Source of the DNA: Candidatus Rokuibacteriota bacterium
Lineage (GTDB): Bacteria; Methylomirabilota; Methylomirabilia; Rokubacteriales; CSP1-6
Length of the DNA stretch: 26,363 nt
NCBI GenBank assembly: GCA_016184305.1
Contig: JACPCX010000187.1
Coordinates: forward strand, 1 to 26,363
Direction of reading: 5' to 3'
Below the pieces are notes generated by a model, which ran no database searches, had not been told where the DNA came from, and saw only the letters and a program-made list of their open reading frames with translations. The number at the start of each line of letters is the position of its first letter. Positions within the stretch are counted from its first letter, which is position 1. The position numbers were made by a program, and so were the translations under genes. Below are positions 16,739-25,274 of this stretch, piece by piece.

Positions 16739-17503
16739 GTGAGGCTCAAGGTCCTTGGGGCCTACGGCAGCGAGGGTCAGGGGCAGCGGCCCTCGGCCTT
16801 TCTGGTGGATGACCGGGTGCTGGTGGACGCCGGCACCGTGGGCGGCGCGCTCTCGGTGCCCGCGCAGATCGCCGTCGAGCATGCGATCCTCAGCCACGCG
16901 CACCTGGATCACACGGTCGGCCTCGCCTTCCTCACGGATACCCTGGCGATGATCGCGCCCGAGCGGTGCATCACCGCGTGCAGCATTGCCCCGGTCATCG
17001 ACACGCTGCGCGCCCACATCTTCAACGACACCCTCTGGCCGAACTTCACGGTGATCCCCTCGCGCGCAGAGCCGGTGCTCAGGCTCCGCGAGCTCCCCGA
17101 GGAGACCGAGTCGCGCGTGGGGGAGCTGTGGGTGACACCGGTGCCGGTGGATCACACGGTGGCGACGGCGGGCTTCATCGTGCACGACGGGGAGACGGGG
17201 TTCGTCTACTCGGGCGACACGGGCCCGACGTTGCGCCTGTGGCAGACGGCCCGGGAGATGCGCGGACTCAAGGCCCTGATCGTGGAGACCGCCTTCCCGA
17301 ACCGGATGGACGGGCTGGCCCGGGCATCAGGCCATCTGACCCCGGCCATGCTCGGCCGCGAGATGGACAAGATGCCCCCGGACCTGCCGATCTGGGTGTT
17401 CCACGTCAAGCCGCAGATCTACGAGGAGACGGCCGAGGAGCTCGCCCGGATCGACCCCGCCCGCATTCACATCCTCGAGCAGGGCAAGACGTATAGTTTT
17501 TGA
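16739..17503 (+). CDS. 3',5'-cyclic-nucleotide phosphodiesterase class II-like, metallo-beta-lactamase fold
   Basis: LVDAG, SHAHLDH, HIFN...WPNF, VDHTV, SGDTGPT, ETAFPN...LA..SGHLTP and FHVKP. Confidence 0.85.
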   Translation: MRLKVLGAYGSEGQGQRPSAFLVDDRVLVDAGTVGGALSVPAQIAVEHAILSHAHLDHTVGLAFLTDTLAMIAPERCITACSIAPVIDTLRAHIFNDTLWPNFTVIPSRAEPVLRLRELPEETESRVGELWVTPVPVDHTVATAGFIVHDGETGFVYSGDTGPTLRLWQTAREMRGLKALIVETAFPNRMDGLARASGHLTPAMLGREMDKMPPDLPIWVFHVKPQIYEETAEELARIDPARIHILEQGKTYSF

Positions 17504-17692
17504 CCCGGCACGGGCACCCGGGCTGTTGCCCGCCCGTGCCCGCCGGATCCTCACGCTGCCCGACTTTCCTCACGCGATCTGAGCCGCTGTTATTCCTGAC
17601 CCGGCACGGGCACCCGGGCTGTCGCCCGCCCGTGCCCGCCGGATCCTCGCGCTACGCGACTTTCCTCAGGCGATCTGAGCCGCTGTCATCCC
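17501..17692. repeat. Two tandem 96-nt GC-rich palindromic repeat units (REP-like)
   Basis: 17501-17596 and 17597-17692 differ at 7 of 96 positions. Each holds a GGCACGGGC...GCCCGTGCC inverted repeat with an inner GGGC/GCCC stem. Confidence 0.9.
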
Positions 17693-17716
17693 GGTGGGCG
17701 GGGCCGGCGCGCCGCG

Positions 17717-18568
17717 TCACCGGGGACGGGTGGGGGCGTAAAGAAAGTCGGCCAGCCAGCCGTTCACCGTCGCCGCGTGCTCGATCTGCGGGAAGTGGCC
17801 GCAGCGCTCGAGCCAGCCGCCCTGGGCCGAGGGCAGCCCGCCAGCCACCGCCTTGGCGTGGGAGATCGGGACCACCGGATCCTGCCTGCCGTGAATCACC
17901 AGGAACGGCTGCTCGAGCCGGGCCAGCGCCGTCCGGTACGCGGCAGCCTCAGCGGTGAAGGCGGCCCTGACGGAGCGCAAGGTGGAGAGATAGGCGGCAC
18001 GACCCGCCGCGCTCGAGCGCGCGGCGTACTCGTGGGCGACGAGGAACGCGATCTCATCGGAGTCGGGCGCGGCGAAGCAACGGGCCAGCGCAGCGGCGCA
18101 GAGGCCGGGGGTGAGAAGGGCCGAGGCGATCTCTCCGACCCCGGGCAGCGCCATGAGCCGGTAGACGAGGGACGGGCGCAGCGGAAAACCCGGGACCGTC
18201 GCGCCGAGGAGCGCCAGGCGCTCCACCCGTCCGGGCCACAGGACGGCGCAGGTGACTGCGACGGCGCCGCCGAGGGAGTGGCCTACCAGCCGGACGCGCT
18301 CGACCCCGAGGACCCGGAGCAGACCATCCACCGCCCGGGCGTGGAAGGAGAGCCGGTACGCGCGGCGCGGCTTGGCGGATTGGCCGAAGCCCGGGAGATC
18401 CAGCGCGATCACCGTCCCGTCGCCGCGGAGCGCGGCGACGGTGCCACGCCACGACTCGGCGAACCCGCCCAGGCCGTGTATGAGCAGCGTGACGGGACCG
18501 CGTCCCTCGATGACATAGTGGAGGCGGAGCCCGTCGAGATCGCCGCCGACCAGGGTGAGCTCGGGCAC
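17717..18568 (-). CDS. Alpha/beta-fold hydrolase
   Basis: LIHGLGG, DLPGFGQS, GHSLGG nucleophile elbow, GRQD and CGHFPQIE. Start set at GTG 18568. Confidence 0.92.
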   Translation of the reverse strand: MPELTLVGGDLDGLRLHYVIEGRGPVTLLIHGLGGFAESWRGTVAALRGDGTVIALDLPGFGQSAKPRRAYRLSFHARAVDGLLRVLGVERVRLVGHSLGGAVAVTCAVLWPGRVERLALLGATVPGFPLRPSLVYRLMALPGVGEIASALLTPGLCAAALARCFAAPDSDEIAFLVAHEYAARSSAAGRAAYLSTLRSVRAAFTAEAAAYRTALARLEQPFLVIHGRQDPVVPISHAKAVAGGLPSAQGGWLERCGHFPQIEHAATVNGWLADFLYAPTRPR

Positions 18569-18578
18569 GGCGGCGGGG

Positions 18579-19586
18579 CTATGAGTGGCGCGGGGGCTCC
18601 CCGTCCAGCAGCCGGGAGAGCGGCTCCCTGAACGGGAAGAGGCTGAAGATTCCGCCCGTGTGGACGAAGCACAACCGCTGGCCCAGCGCCCTGGGGTCCT
18701 TGCGGAGCGTGTCCAGGAGCCCGGCGAAGGCCTTGGCGGTGTACACGGGGTCGAGCACCACGCCTTCATCGCGGGCGAGCCGGACGATGACGCGAAGCTC
18801 CTCGTCGCCTACCGCGGCGCGCCCCATGCCCTGATAGCCGTCGAGCAGGTGGATCGTCTTCGGGACCTCGATGGCCAGACCGAAGCGGGTGATAGCCTTG
18901 ACCATCGTCCGGGCGATGTAGTCGCGGACCCGGTCGGCCGGGAACGCGATGGGGACTCCCACCACGTCCGAGGGCAGGCCCGCGAGCTGCTTGCCCATGA
19001 GCAGCCCGGCCTGGCTGCCGCCGCTGAACGCCGTGATGACCACCGAGTCGAAGCGCGGCGCGCCCTGGCCGATCTGCCCGGCCAGCTCCACGGCGCACTC
19101 GAGGTAGCCGAGCGCGCCCACCTCGTTGGAGCCGCTCTCCGGGATGACGTAAGGCCGGCCGCCGCGCTGCCGCACCTCCTCCGCGAGCCCATCCAGCGCC
19201 TCGTCGACCCGCTCGAACTCGGCATCGGACAGGTAGCGGATGTCGGCGCCGAGCAGCCGGTCCAGGAGGAGGTTGCCGTCGTAGGTCGCGGGCTTCCCAC
19301 CCTTGACGGCGAGCACGGCGCGCATTCCGAGCCGCGCCGCCACCGCCGAGACCGCGCGACAGCAGTTCGACTGCAGCGTGCCGCAGCTGATGAGGGTGTC
19401 GGCGCCCTCGGCCGCGGCCTCGCCCACGAGGAACTCCAGCTTGCGGACCTTGTTCCCCGATTCGAGCAGGCCGGTCAGGTCATCCCGCTTGAGGTACAGC
19501 TCGACGCCGAGCTGGCGGGAGAGGCGGTCGAGCTTGAGGATCGGCGTCGGACAGAGCGCGAGCGGATAACGCGGCGGCATTGCCAT
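18579..19586 (-). CDS. D-cysteine desulfhydrase/ACC deaminase-family PLP enzyme
   Basis: LKRDDLTG...SGNKVRKLEF (PLP Lys), QSNC, GNLLL, LDPVYTAKA and HTGG. Start ATG 19586. Confidence 0.9.
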   Translation of the reverse strand: MAMPPRYPLALCPTPILKLDRLSRQLGVELYLKRDDLTGLLESGNKVRKLEFLVGEAAAEGADTLISCGTLQSNCCRAVSAVAARLGMRAVLAVKGGKPATYDGNLLLDRLLGADIRYLSDAEFERVDEALDGLAEEVRQRGGRPYVIPESGSNEVGALGYLECAVELAGQIGQGAPRFDSVVITAFSGGSQAGLLMGKQLAGLPSDVVGVPIAFPADRVRDYIARTMVKAITRFGLAIEVPKTIHLLDGYQGMGRAAVGDEELRVIVRLARDEGVVLDPVYTAKAFAGLLDTLRKDPRALGQRLCFVHTGGIFSLFPFREPLSRLLDGEPPRHS

Positions 19587-19642
19587 GCCGTCATGGTAGC
19601 ACGCGCCTCTCCCACCCCGGCCCGGCGCTCCCGGAACGGGCG

Positions 19643-19960
19643 TCAGGGCGTTGCCTGCTCCGTCTTCAGAGTGACCGCGATGGGGGCGAAGTCGTAGGAG
19701 GGGAAGACCTGGTAGCGGAAGGCGCCCCATGCCTTCTGCTCCATGTACCGGTTCAGCGCGCGCACCTTGTCGGCCTTGACTCGGAGGTGGATCACGAAGC
19801 CGAAGGACATGGCCACGACCCAGGAGATCAGCTCGCTCCCCTCCGGCGGGAAGTCACGGTAGAAGCCGGTCTTCCTCAGGTGGGCCATGATCTCGTCGAG
19901 GGTCTTGGACTGGTCGTGGTGGAGCAGGACCGTGAGCATCACGTGATTGTCGCCGGGCAT
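19643..19960 (-). CDS. Hypothetical protein, 105 aa
   Basis: GGAGG RBS, strongly GC3-biased codons and globular composition (FPPEG.E..SW.V...AWGAF). No function recognised. Confidence 0.75.
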   Translation of the reverse strand: MPGDNHVMLTVLLHHDQSKTLDEIMAHLRKTGFYRDFPPEGSELISWVVAMSFGFVIHLRVKADKVRALNRYMEQKAWGAFRYQVFPSYDFAPIAVTLKTEQATP

Positions 19961-20030
19961 GGGCCCTCCCTGGTGAAGGCTGAGCTACGGGAACCCTATC
20001 ACAGGCGGCGACTTCGTCCATAATGGCCGG

Positions 20031-21239
20031 GTGACTCCCGACCGCGAGACCCTGGCGAACCCGCGGCTGTGGCTCGCCTTCGCCTCGATGCTCCTCGTCT
20101 CCGGGCTCGGCAACACCTTCCCGATCTTCTTCCCCGCCCTCCTCGCCGAGTTCGGCGGCTCCCGCGGCGCCACGGCCTCCACCGTCTCGTTCCTCTGGAT
20201 CGGCGGCGCCGTCCTCGGGCCCCTGTCCGGCTACCTGGTCACGCGCCGTAACCCGCGCCTCGTGGTCATGTGCGGCCTCGGCGCCGCGGCCGCGGGGCTC
20301 AGCGTGGGGACGCTGGCCACCTCGCTCCCCATGTTCATCGGCGCCGTCGGGATCGGCGGCGGGATCGGCGTCGGCTTCACCGGCATGGTGGCCCAGGCGG
20401 CGCTGCTCGCGGATGTCTACGTGACGCGGCGGGGGCTCGCCATGGGCATCGCCTTCTCGGGCTCGATGGCGGGCTATGCGCTCGCCCCGCTGATCCAGGG
20501 GGCGATCACCGTGGGAGGGTGGCGCGGAGCCCTCGGCTGCTACGTCGTCGCGCTGGTGGCGCTGATCGCGTGGGGCTGGCGGGTGTACCCGACCCGGCTC
20601 GAGGCGCCCGCGGCGCGAGCGCCGGCCGGAGGTCTCACGGCGCCGCGCAGCGTCGGCGGCATCGTGGCGTCCGTGCCCTTCTGGGCCCTCGCGGTGGTCT
20701 TCGCGGTGCCGCCGCTCTTCGGCTACCTCGCCACCACCCAGCACGCGCTCTACTTCACCGCCCGCGGCCTCTCGCCGGCCGAGGCTTCGGCGCTCCTCGC
20801 CATCGGCGGGTTGCTCTCGGCGAGCGGGCGCGCGCTGGCCGGGGTCGCGGCCGATCGTTTCGGCGCGGCGGCGGCGGGATTCCTTTCGTTCAGTTGCTCG
20901 ATCGTGGGGATGCTGTGTCTGTTCGGGATGGAGACGTGGCCGGGGCGGCTCTTCGCCTACGGGTACGCGTTCTTCCTCTTCCTGCCGCTCGGGTCCCGGG
21001 CGACCATCGTCTCGGTTCTCCTGAGCCGCATCGCCCCGCCCGCCCAGTACGGGATGGTGTTCGGCCTCCTCAGCATCGGGAACAGCCTGGGCGCCGCCGT
21101 GGGCCCGTGGATGTCGGGCTGGCTCTACGACGTCACGGCGTCCTACGTCGTGATCTTCCTCTGGGCGACGGGGCTTGCGGTGGCCGGGTTGCTGGCGCTG
21201 TCGGTCTTCGTCGTCACGGCGCGGCCGCCGCGCCCGTAG
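20031..21239 (+). CDS. Major facilitator superfamily transporter (OFA/MCT-like)
   Basis: About 12 hydrophobic segments; RRGLAMGIAFSG, GWR and G..ADRFG motifs. Confidence 0.92.
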   Translation: MTPDRETLANPRLWLAFASMLLVSGLGNTFPIFFPALLAEFGGSRGATASTVSFLWIGGAVLGPLSGYLVTRRNPRLVVMCGLGAAAAGLSVGTLATSLPMFIGAVGIGGGIGVGFTGMVAQAALLADVYVTRRGLAMGIAFSGSMAGYALAPLIQGAITVGGWRGALGCYVVALVALIAWGWRVYPTRLEAPAARAPAGGLTAPRSVGGIVASVPFWALAVVFAVPPLFGYLATTQHALYFTARGLSPAEASALLAIGGLLSASGRALAGVAADRFGAAAAGFLSFSCSIVGMLCLFGMETWPGRLFAYGYAFFLFLPLGSRATIVSVLLSRIAPPAQYGMVFGLLSIGNSLGAAVGPWMSGWLYDVTASYVVIFLWATGLAVAGLLALSVFVVTARPPRP

Positions 21240-22386
21240 CGCGGCGCCGCCAGCCGCGCGGTCTCCAGCGGCGGCCGGCGCGCACCGTCAGCACGGGGAC
21301 CAGCCGCCGCGCGGCCTTGATCTCGTGGCCGGCGGCATCGCCGAAGGTGAAGTCACCATCCTCGAGGTCGAGGACGGCCGCATCTCCGGACGCGCCGGGT
21401 GCAAGCACGCCGAGCCTGCCCGCCTGGCCGATGGCTCGCGCCGGGGCATCCGTCACGCCGCGAATCACCTCGGCGAGCGGCATGCCGAGGGCAAGGAACG
21501 TGGACATGACGCCGAGGAGGTCGTACATCCGGCGCGCCGCGGCGGGCTTCACCATGTCGGTGGACAAGGTCGTGGGCGGGAGCCCCTGGGCCAGCGCGGC
21601 GCGGGCCACCTCCACGTCAAAGTGGACGCCGGCATGCGCCACGTCGAGGACCACGCCCCGTGCGGCGGCGTCGCGGACGGCCTGGAGGACCTGCCCCGAG
21701 GCGTCCAGGATCCCGTGCTCGTGGCCGTTGAAGATGTGCGTGGCGATGTCGCCGGGCTTGAGCTGCTCGAGAATCATCTCGAGCGGGATCGGCGTCCCCG
21801 AGATGTGGACCATGAGCCGCGTGCCCGTGGCATCGCAGATGCGGCGGGCCATGTCCAGCACCGGCAGCGCATTGGCCTCCCCCGTCGCCTGGCGCTGGAT
21901 GCGCACCTTGAGGCCCAGGAGCTCCGGGAAGCGCCGGAAGGCGTCACCCGTGCGCTCCTCCTGGGCGAAGCGGAAGTCCTCGAGCTCCCCGACGCCGGCC
22001 GCGAGGGTCACGAGGCCGGTGGCGGCCAGGTGGAGAAAGGCGAGCACGCGGGTCTCGGCGTGATCGATGACGTGCTCGCGGAAGCCCGCGTAGGTCGCCC
22101 AGCCGCTGCTCCCCGCGTCCACGGCCGTGGTGACGCCGTTGGGCAGGCAGGCCTCGTCGGGATCCACGAAGAGCGGCTGGCCGCGATGGAAGAAATGGCC
22201 ATGCAGATCGATGAGCCCCGGCGTCACGAGCTTGCCGGTCACGTCGATGATCTCGGTGGCCGTGACGGACAGATTCGGGGCGATGGCCGCCACGCGCCCG
22301 TTGGCGAAGGCCACGTCGAGCCGGCCCTCGACCCCCTGGCCGGGATCGACGACGGTGCCGCCGCGGAGGAGCAGGTCGAAGTCCAT
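21214..22386 (-). CDS. Amidohydrolase/deacetylase-family metallohydrolase (dihydroorotase-like)
   Basis: PGLIDLHGH, GVTTAVDAGS, GLKVR (carboxy-Lys), MVHI, THIF, DVAH and LSTD. Confidence 0.88.
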   Translation of the reverse strand: MDFDLLLRGGTVVDPGQGVEGRLDVAFANGRVAAIAPNLSVTATEIIDVTGKLVTPGLIDLHGHFFHRGQPLFVDPDEACLPNGVTTAVDAGSSGWATYAGFREHVIDHAETRVLAFLHLAATGLVTLAAGVGELEDFRFAQEERTGDAFRRFPELLGLKVRIQRQATGEANALPVLDMARRICDATGTRLMVHISGTPIPLEMILEQLKPGDIATHIFNGHEHGILDASGQVLQAVRDAAARGVVLDVAHAGVHFDVEVARAALAQGLPPTTLSTDMVKPAAARRMYDLLGVMSTFLALGMPLAEVIRGVTDAPARAIGQAGRLGVLAPGASGDAAVLDLEDGDFTFGDAAGHEIKAARRLVPVLTVRAGRRWRPRGWRRRATGAAAAP

Positions 22387-22403
22387 CGGCTACGCGCCGT
22401 ACT

Positions 22404-24953
22404 TCATCGCGGGGTCCTCGCGAGGAGCGCGGCCAGCGCGGCCGCCTCCCGCTCCTGGAAGCGGACGGCGACGCGCAGCTGCTCGAGGTACTGCTCGAGC
22501 GTCTTGCCGCCCAGCACGATCCCCCGGCTCGCGAAGAACGTCTGCACGTCCTGCTCCCAGTCGGCGCTCACGAGGGCCGTGACGCCCTCGTACATCCGCC
22601 GGTAGGCGCTTCCCGGATACTGCCGGGACATGGTCTCCCAGTGCTCCTTCAGGAACTCCCAGGCGGGCCCCCGCGAGTAGACGCCGCCGAGCAGCGCGCG
22701 CATCAGGAAGGGCGCGTCCTGGCTCCGGACCTCGCCGTTGATGGTGCGCTCCAGCGTCCGGCCGATCAGCGCGGGCTGGCGGAAGGCGGCGAGCGCGTAG
22801 AGGTAGCGCTGCTCCTCCTGGGGCGTGCGGGCGCTCTTGAAGCGCTGGAGGAACTCGTCGTACTCGGCCTCGCCGCCCGAGGCCGCGAGGATCGAGATGA
22901 GCGCCGGCAGCAGGTTGGGATCCACGGCCGTCTCGTCGCTCCGGTACCCCTCGTAGAACGACCGCGCCCGCCGCTGGGTCTCCTCGTCATTGCCCAGCGT
23001 GCCGAGCACGCGCAGGAGGTCGGCGCGGAGCTGACGCGTGAGCTCGGGCTCCTCGAGCTGCCGCTCCCAGCCCAGCCGCTCCACGGCCGTCTCCAGCCGG
23101 TGACGGACCCAAGCCTCGAGCCCGGGGCGCACCCCCTCGGCGATGAGCCGGCTCAGGTAGGCGAAGGACCCGGTGAGCGCCGTCCAGACGTTGCGGTCCG
23201 TCTCGTCGCGGAAGCGTCCCGTGAGGTCCAGGTACTCGGCCGCGGCCATGGCGCCGGCCTGGGTGAGCGCCAGCGCGTCGTTCACGAGGTTGAAGCGCTC
23301 GATGGGCGGGATGCGTGACAGCGCCTTGGTCATGCGCCTGAGCATGGCCGGGGCGTACTGCACCCGGTAGAAGCCGTGGCCCCCCGCGTTGGCCACCGCC
23401 CATTCCGGCGGCGCCGGCAGCGCCACGCGCAGCTCGGCCTCCTCCAGCAGCACGCGCTTCTCGACCCAGCCCCCCTTGACCGCGGCGCGCAGCGCGACTG
23501 GAATGCGCCAGCGCTCGCTCTCCGCGGGCTCGCCGCCGAGGTAGGTGAAGCGCCGCTGGGAGAGCTTGAGACCGACTCCGTCCTTCTCCACCGTCACCAC
23601 GGGATAGCCGGGGCGGAAGATCCAGGCGTCCATCACCTCGGGGATCGGCTGCTTCGCGGCCTCGCCGAGGGCCGTCCAGAGATCGGTGGTCTCGGCGTTG
23701 CCGTGGCGGTGCTGCTCGAGGTAGAGGCGGACGCCGTCCCGGAACACCTCCGGCCCCAGGTGCTGCTCCAGCATCCGCAGGACCGACGCGCCCTTCTCGT
23801 AGGTGAGGAGATCGAACATGGCCTCGCAGTCGCGCGGCGCCCGGACCTCGAACTCGATGGGGCGGCTCGACAGGAGGCCGTCCACGCCCATGGCGGCCGC
23901 GCGCGAGACGCCGAAGTTGATCCAGCGCTCCCACTCGGGCTTCCAGGCGTCCACCGCCAGCATCTCCATGAACGTGGCGAAGGCCTCGTTGAGCCAGATG
24001 CCGTTCCACCAGGCCATGGTGACCAGGTCGCCGAACCACATGTGGGCGACCTCGTGCGCCACCACGTCGGCCACGCGCTCGAGCTCCGTGTGGGAGGCGG
24101 CCGCCTCGTCCACGAGGAGCGCGGTCTCGCGGTAGGTGATGGCGCCGAGATTCTCCATCGCGCCCGCGGCGAAGTCGGGGATGGCCAGCATGTCGAGCTT
24201 GTCGCCGGGGTACGCCACCCCGTAGTACCGCTCGAAGAACGCCAGCGCGAAGGCGCCGGCCTCCAGCGCGAAACGCGCCAGGCGCTGCTTCCCGGGCACG
24301 CACCAGACGCGCAGCGGCGTCCCGCCCACCATGACGGGCGCGGTCGCCTCGAGGTCGCCGACGACGAAGGCCACGAGGTACGTGGACATCTTCATGGAGT
24401 CGGCGAAGGTGACGATCTTGCGCCCATCCCCCGTCGGCTCCTCGCGGACGACGGCGGCGTTGGACACGGCTTGCAGCCGCTCGGGCACCACGAGCGTCAC
24501 GCCGAACACGGCCTTGCAGGCGGGCTCGTCCCAGCACGGGAAGGCGCGGCGGGCATCGGTGGACTCGAACTGCGTGGCCGCCAGCGCGTGCGCGACGCCG
24601 GCCGCGTCCTTGTAGGTACTCCGGTAGAAGCCGTGCAGCCGATCGTTGAGGGTGCCGGTGAACCGCAGCGTGAGCCGCCACTGGCCCGGAAGAAGGGGAG
24701 AGGGGAAGGTGAGCCGGGCGCGCTCGGCGGTCTCGTCCAGCGCCGCGCTCCCCTCCACCGCGCCGCCGCTGGCATCGCGGGCGGTGACGGAGAGGATGCG
24801 AAGCTCGGCGGCATTGAGCAGGACCTCCGTCACGGGCTCGCGCACGGTGACGGCAATCGTTTCCTCGCCGTTGAAGGTGGCGGCGTCGAGGTCGGGCTCG
24901 ATCCGGATGTCGTACCGGCTGGGCACGACCGTGATCGGCAAGCGGTAGTCCAT
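22404..24953 (-). CDS. pepN: M1-family (puromycin-sensitive/aminopeptidase N) zinc aminopeptidase
   Basis: TQFE..DARRAFPCWDEP, GAMEN, HEVAH-x18-E (WLNE) and YEKG; ERAP1-like C-terminal region. ATG 24953 has a GGAG RBS. Confidence 0.95.
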   Translation of the reverse strand: MDYRLPITVVPSRYDIRIEPDLDAATFNGEETIAVTVREPVTEVLLNAAELRILSVTARDASGGAVEGSAALDETAERARLTFPSPLLPGQWRLTLRFTGTLNDRLHGFYRSTYKDAAGVAHALAATQFESTDARRAFPCWDEPACKAVFGVTLVVPERLQAVSNAAVVREEPTGDGRKIVTFADSMKMSTYLVAFVVGDLEATAPVMVGGTPLRVWCVPGKQRLARFALEAGAFALAFFERYYGVAYPGDKLDMLAIPDFAAGAMENLGAITYRETALLVDEAAASHTELERVADVVAHEVAHMWFGDLVTMAWWNGIWLNEAFATFMEMLAVDAWKPEWERWINFGVSRAAAMGVDGLLSSRPIEFEVRAPRDCEAMFDLLTYEKGASVLRMLEQHLGPEVFRDGVRLYLEQHRHGNAETTDLWTALGEAAKQPIPEVMDAWIFRPGYPVVTVEKDGVGLKLSQRRFTYLGGEPAESERWRIPVALRAAVKGGWVEKRVLLEEAELRVALPAPPEWAVANAGGHGFYRVQYAPAMLRRMTKALSRIPPIERFNLVNDALALTQAGAMAAAEYLDLTGRFRDETDRNVWTALTGSFAYLSRLIAEGVRPGLEAWVRHRLETAVERLGWERQLEEPELTRQLRADLLRVLGTLGNDEETQRRARSFYEGYRSDETAVDPNLLPALISILAASGGEAEYDEFLQRFKSARTPQEEQRYLYALAAFRQPALIGRTLERTINGEVRSQDAPFLMRALLGGVYSRGPAWEFLKEHWETMSRQYPGSAYRRMYEGVTALVSADWEQDVQTFFASRGIVLGGKTLEQYLEQLRVAVRFQEREAAALAALLARTPR

Positions 24954-25069
24954 GGTCTCGTCTCCAGTGGCGCCGCGACTCTGCCGCCGGCGCCGTACGG
25001 AGGATACCAGAGTCGTGCTGGCGACACACTCTTGACATCGCTCCGGCGGCGGGCCCACACTCCCGGCCT

Positions 25070-25274
25070 GTGGACACCTTTTCAGAACCCGCAGAGCCCG
25101 CCGGGCAGCGAGGTGGAGCTGATCGGCCGCTCCCTCTCGCCCGAGCACGTGGCCGAGCGCGTGCTGCGCGCCGTCCGCGCCAACCGCCTCTACGTCATCA
25201 CCCACGAGGAGGGGCGCGAGCCGCTGCGGCGCCGCTTCGAGCGCCTGGCCCAGGGCATGGAGGCGTCGCGATGA
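25070..25274 (+). pseudogene. Short-chain dehydrogenase (SDR) remnant: start codons plus C-terminus only
   Basis: TTGACA-18-CACACT promoter-like sequence at 25032-25061, GTG GAC ACC TTT (MDTF), then in another frame LSPEHVAERVLRAVRANRLYVITH......RRRFERL*, a typical SDR C-terminus. Its stop overlaps the next ATG. Confidence 0.65.

Noticed and set aside
17501..17692. CRISPR array, RNase P RNA (GAGGAAAGUC on the minus strand) or hammerhead ribozyme (CUGAGGA)
   Set aside because: The units are adjacent 96-mers with no spacers and no cas genes. The sequence is far too short for RNase P RNA and lacks its other conserved regions. No GAAA core follows a stem II as a hammerhead needs.
17500..17958. 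152-aa ORF with a 32-aa repeat
   Set aside because: It is a translation of the nucleotide repeat, starts at TTG without an RBS and runs antisense into the hydrolase gene.
21214..22386. Calling this gene pyrC
   Set aside because: The motif pattern (GVTT.VDAGS, GLKVR, LSTD) fits the deacetylase-like amidohydrolase subgroup, and no pyrimidine genes are adjacent.
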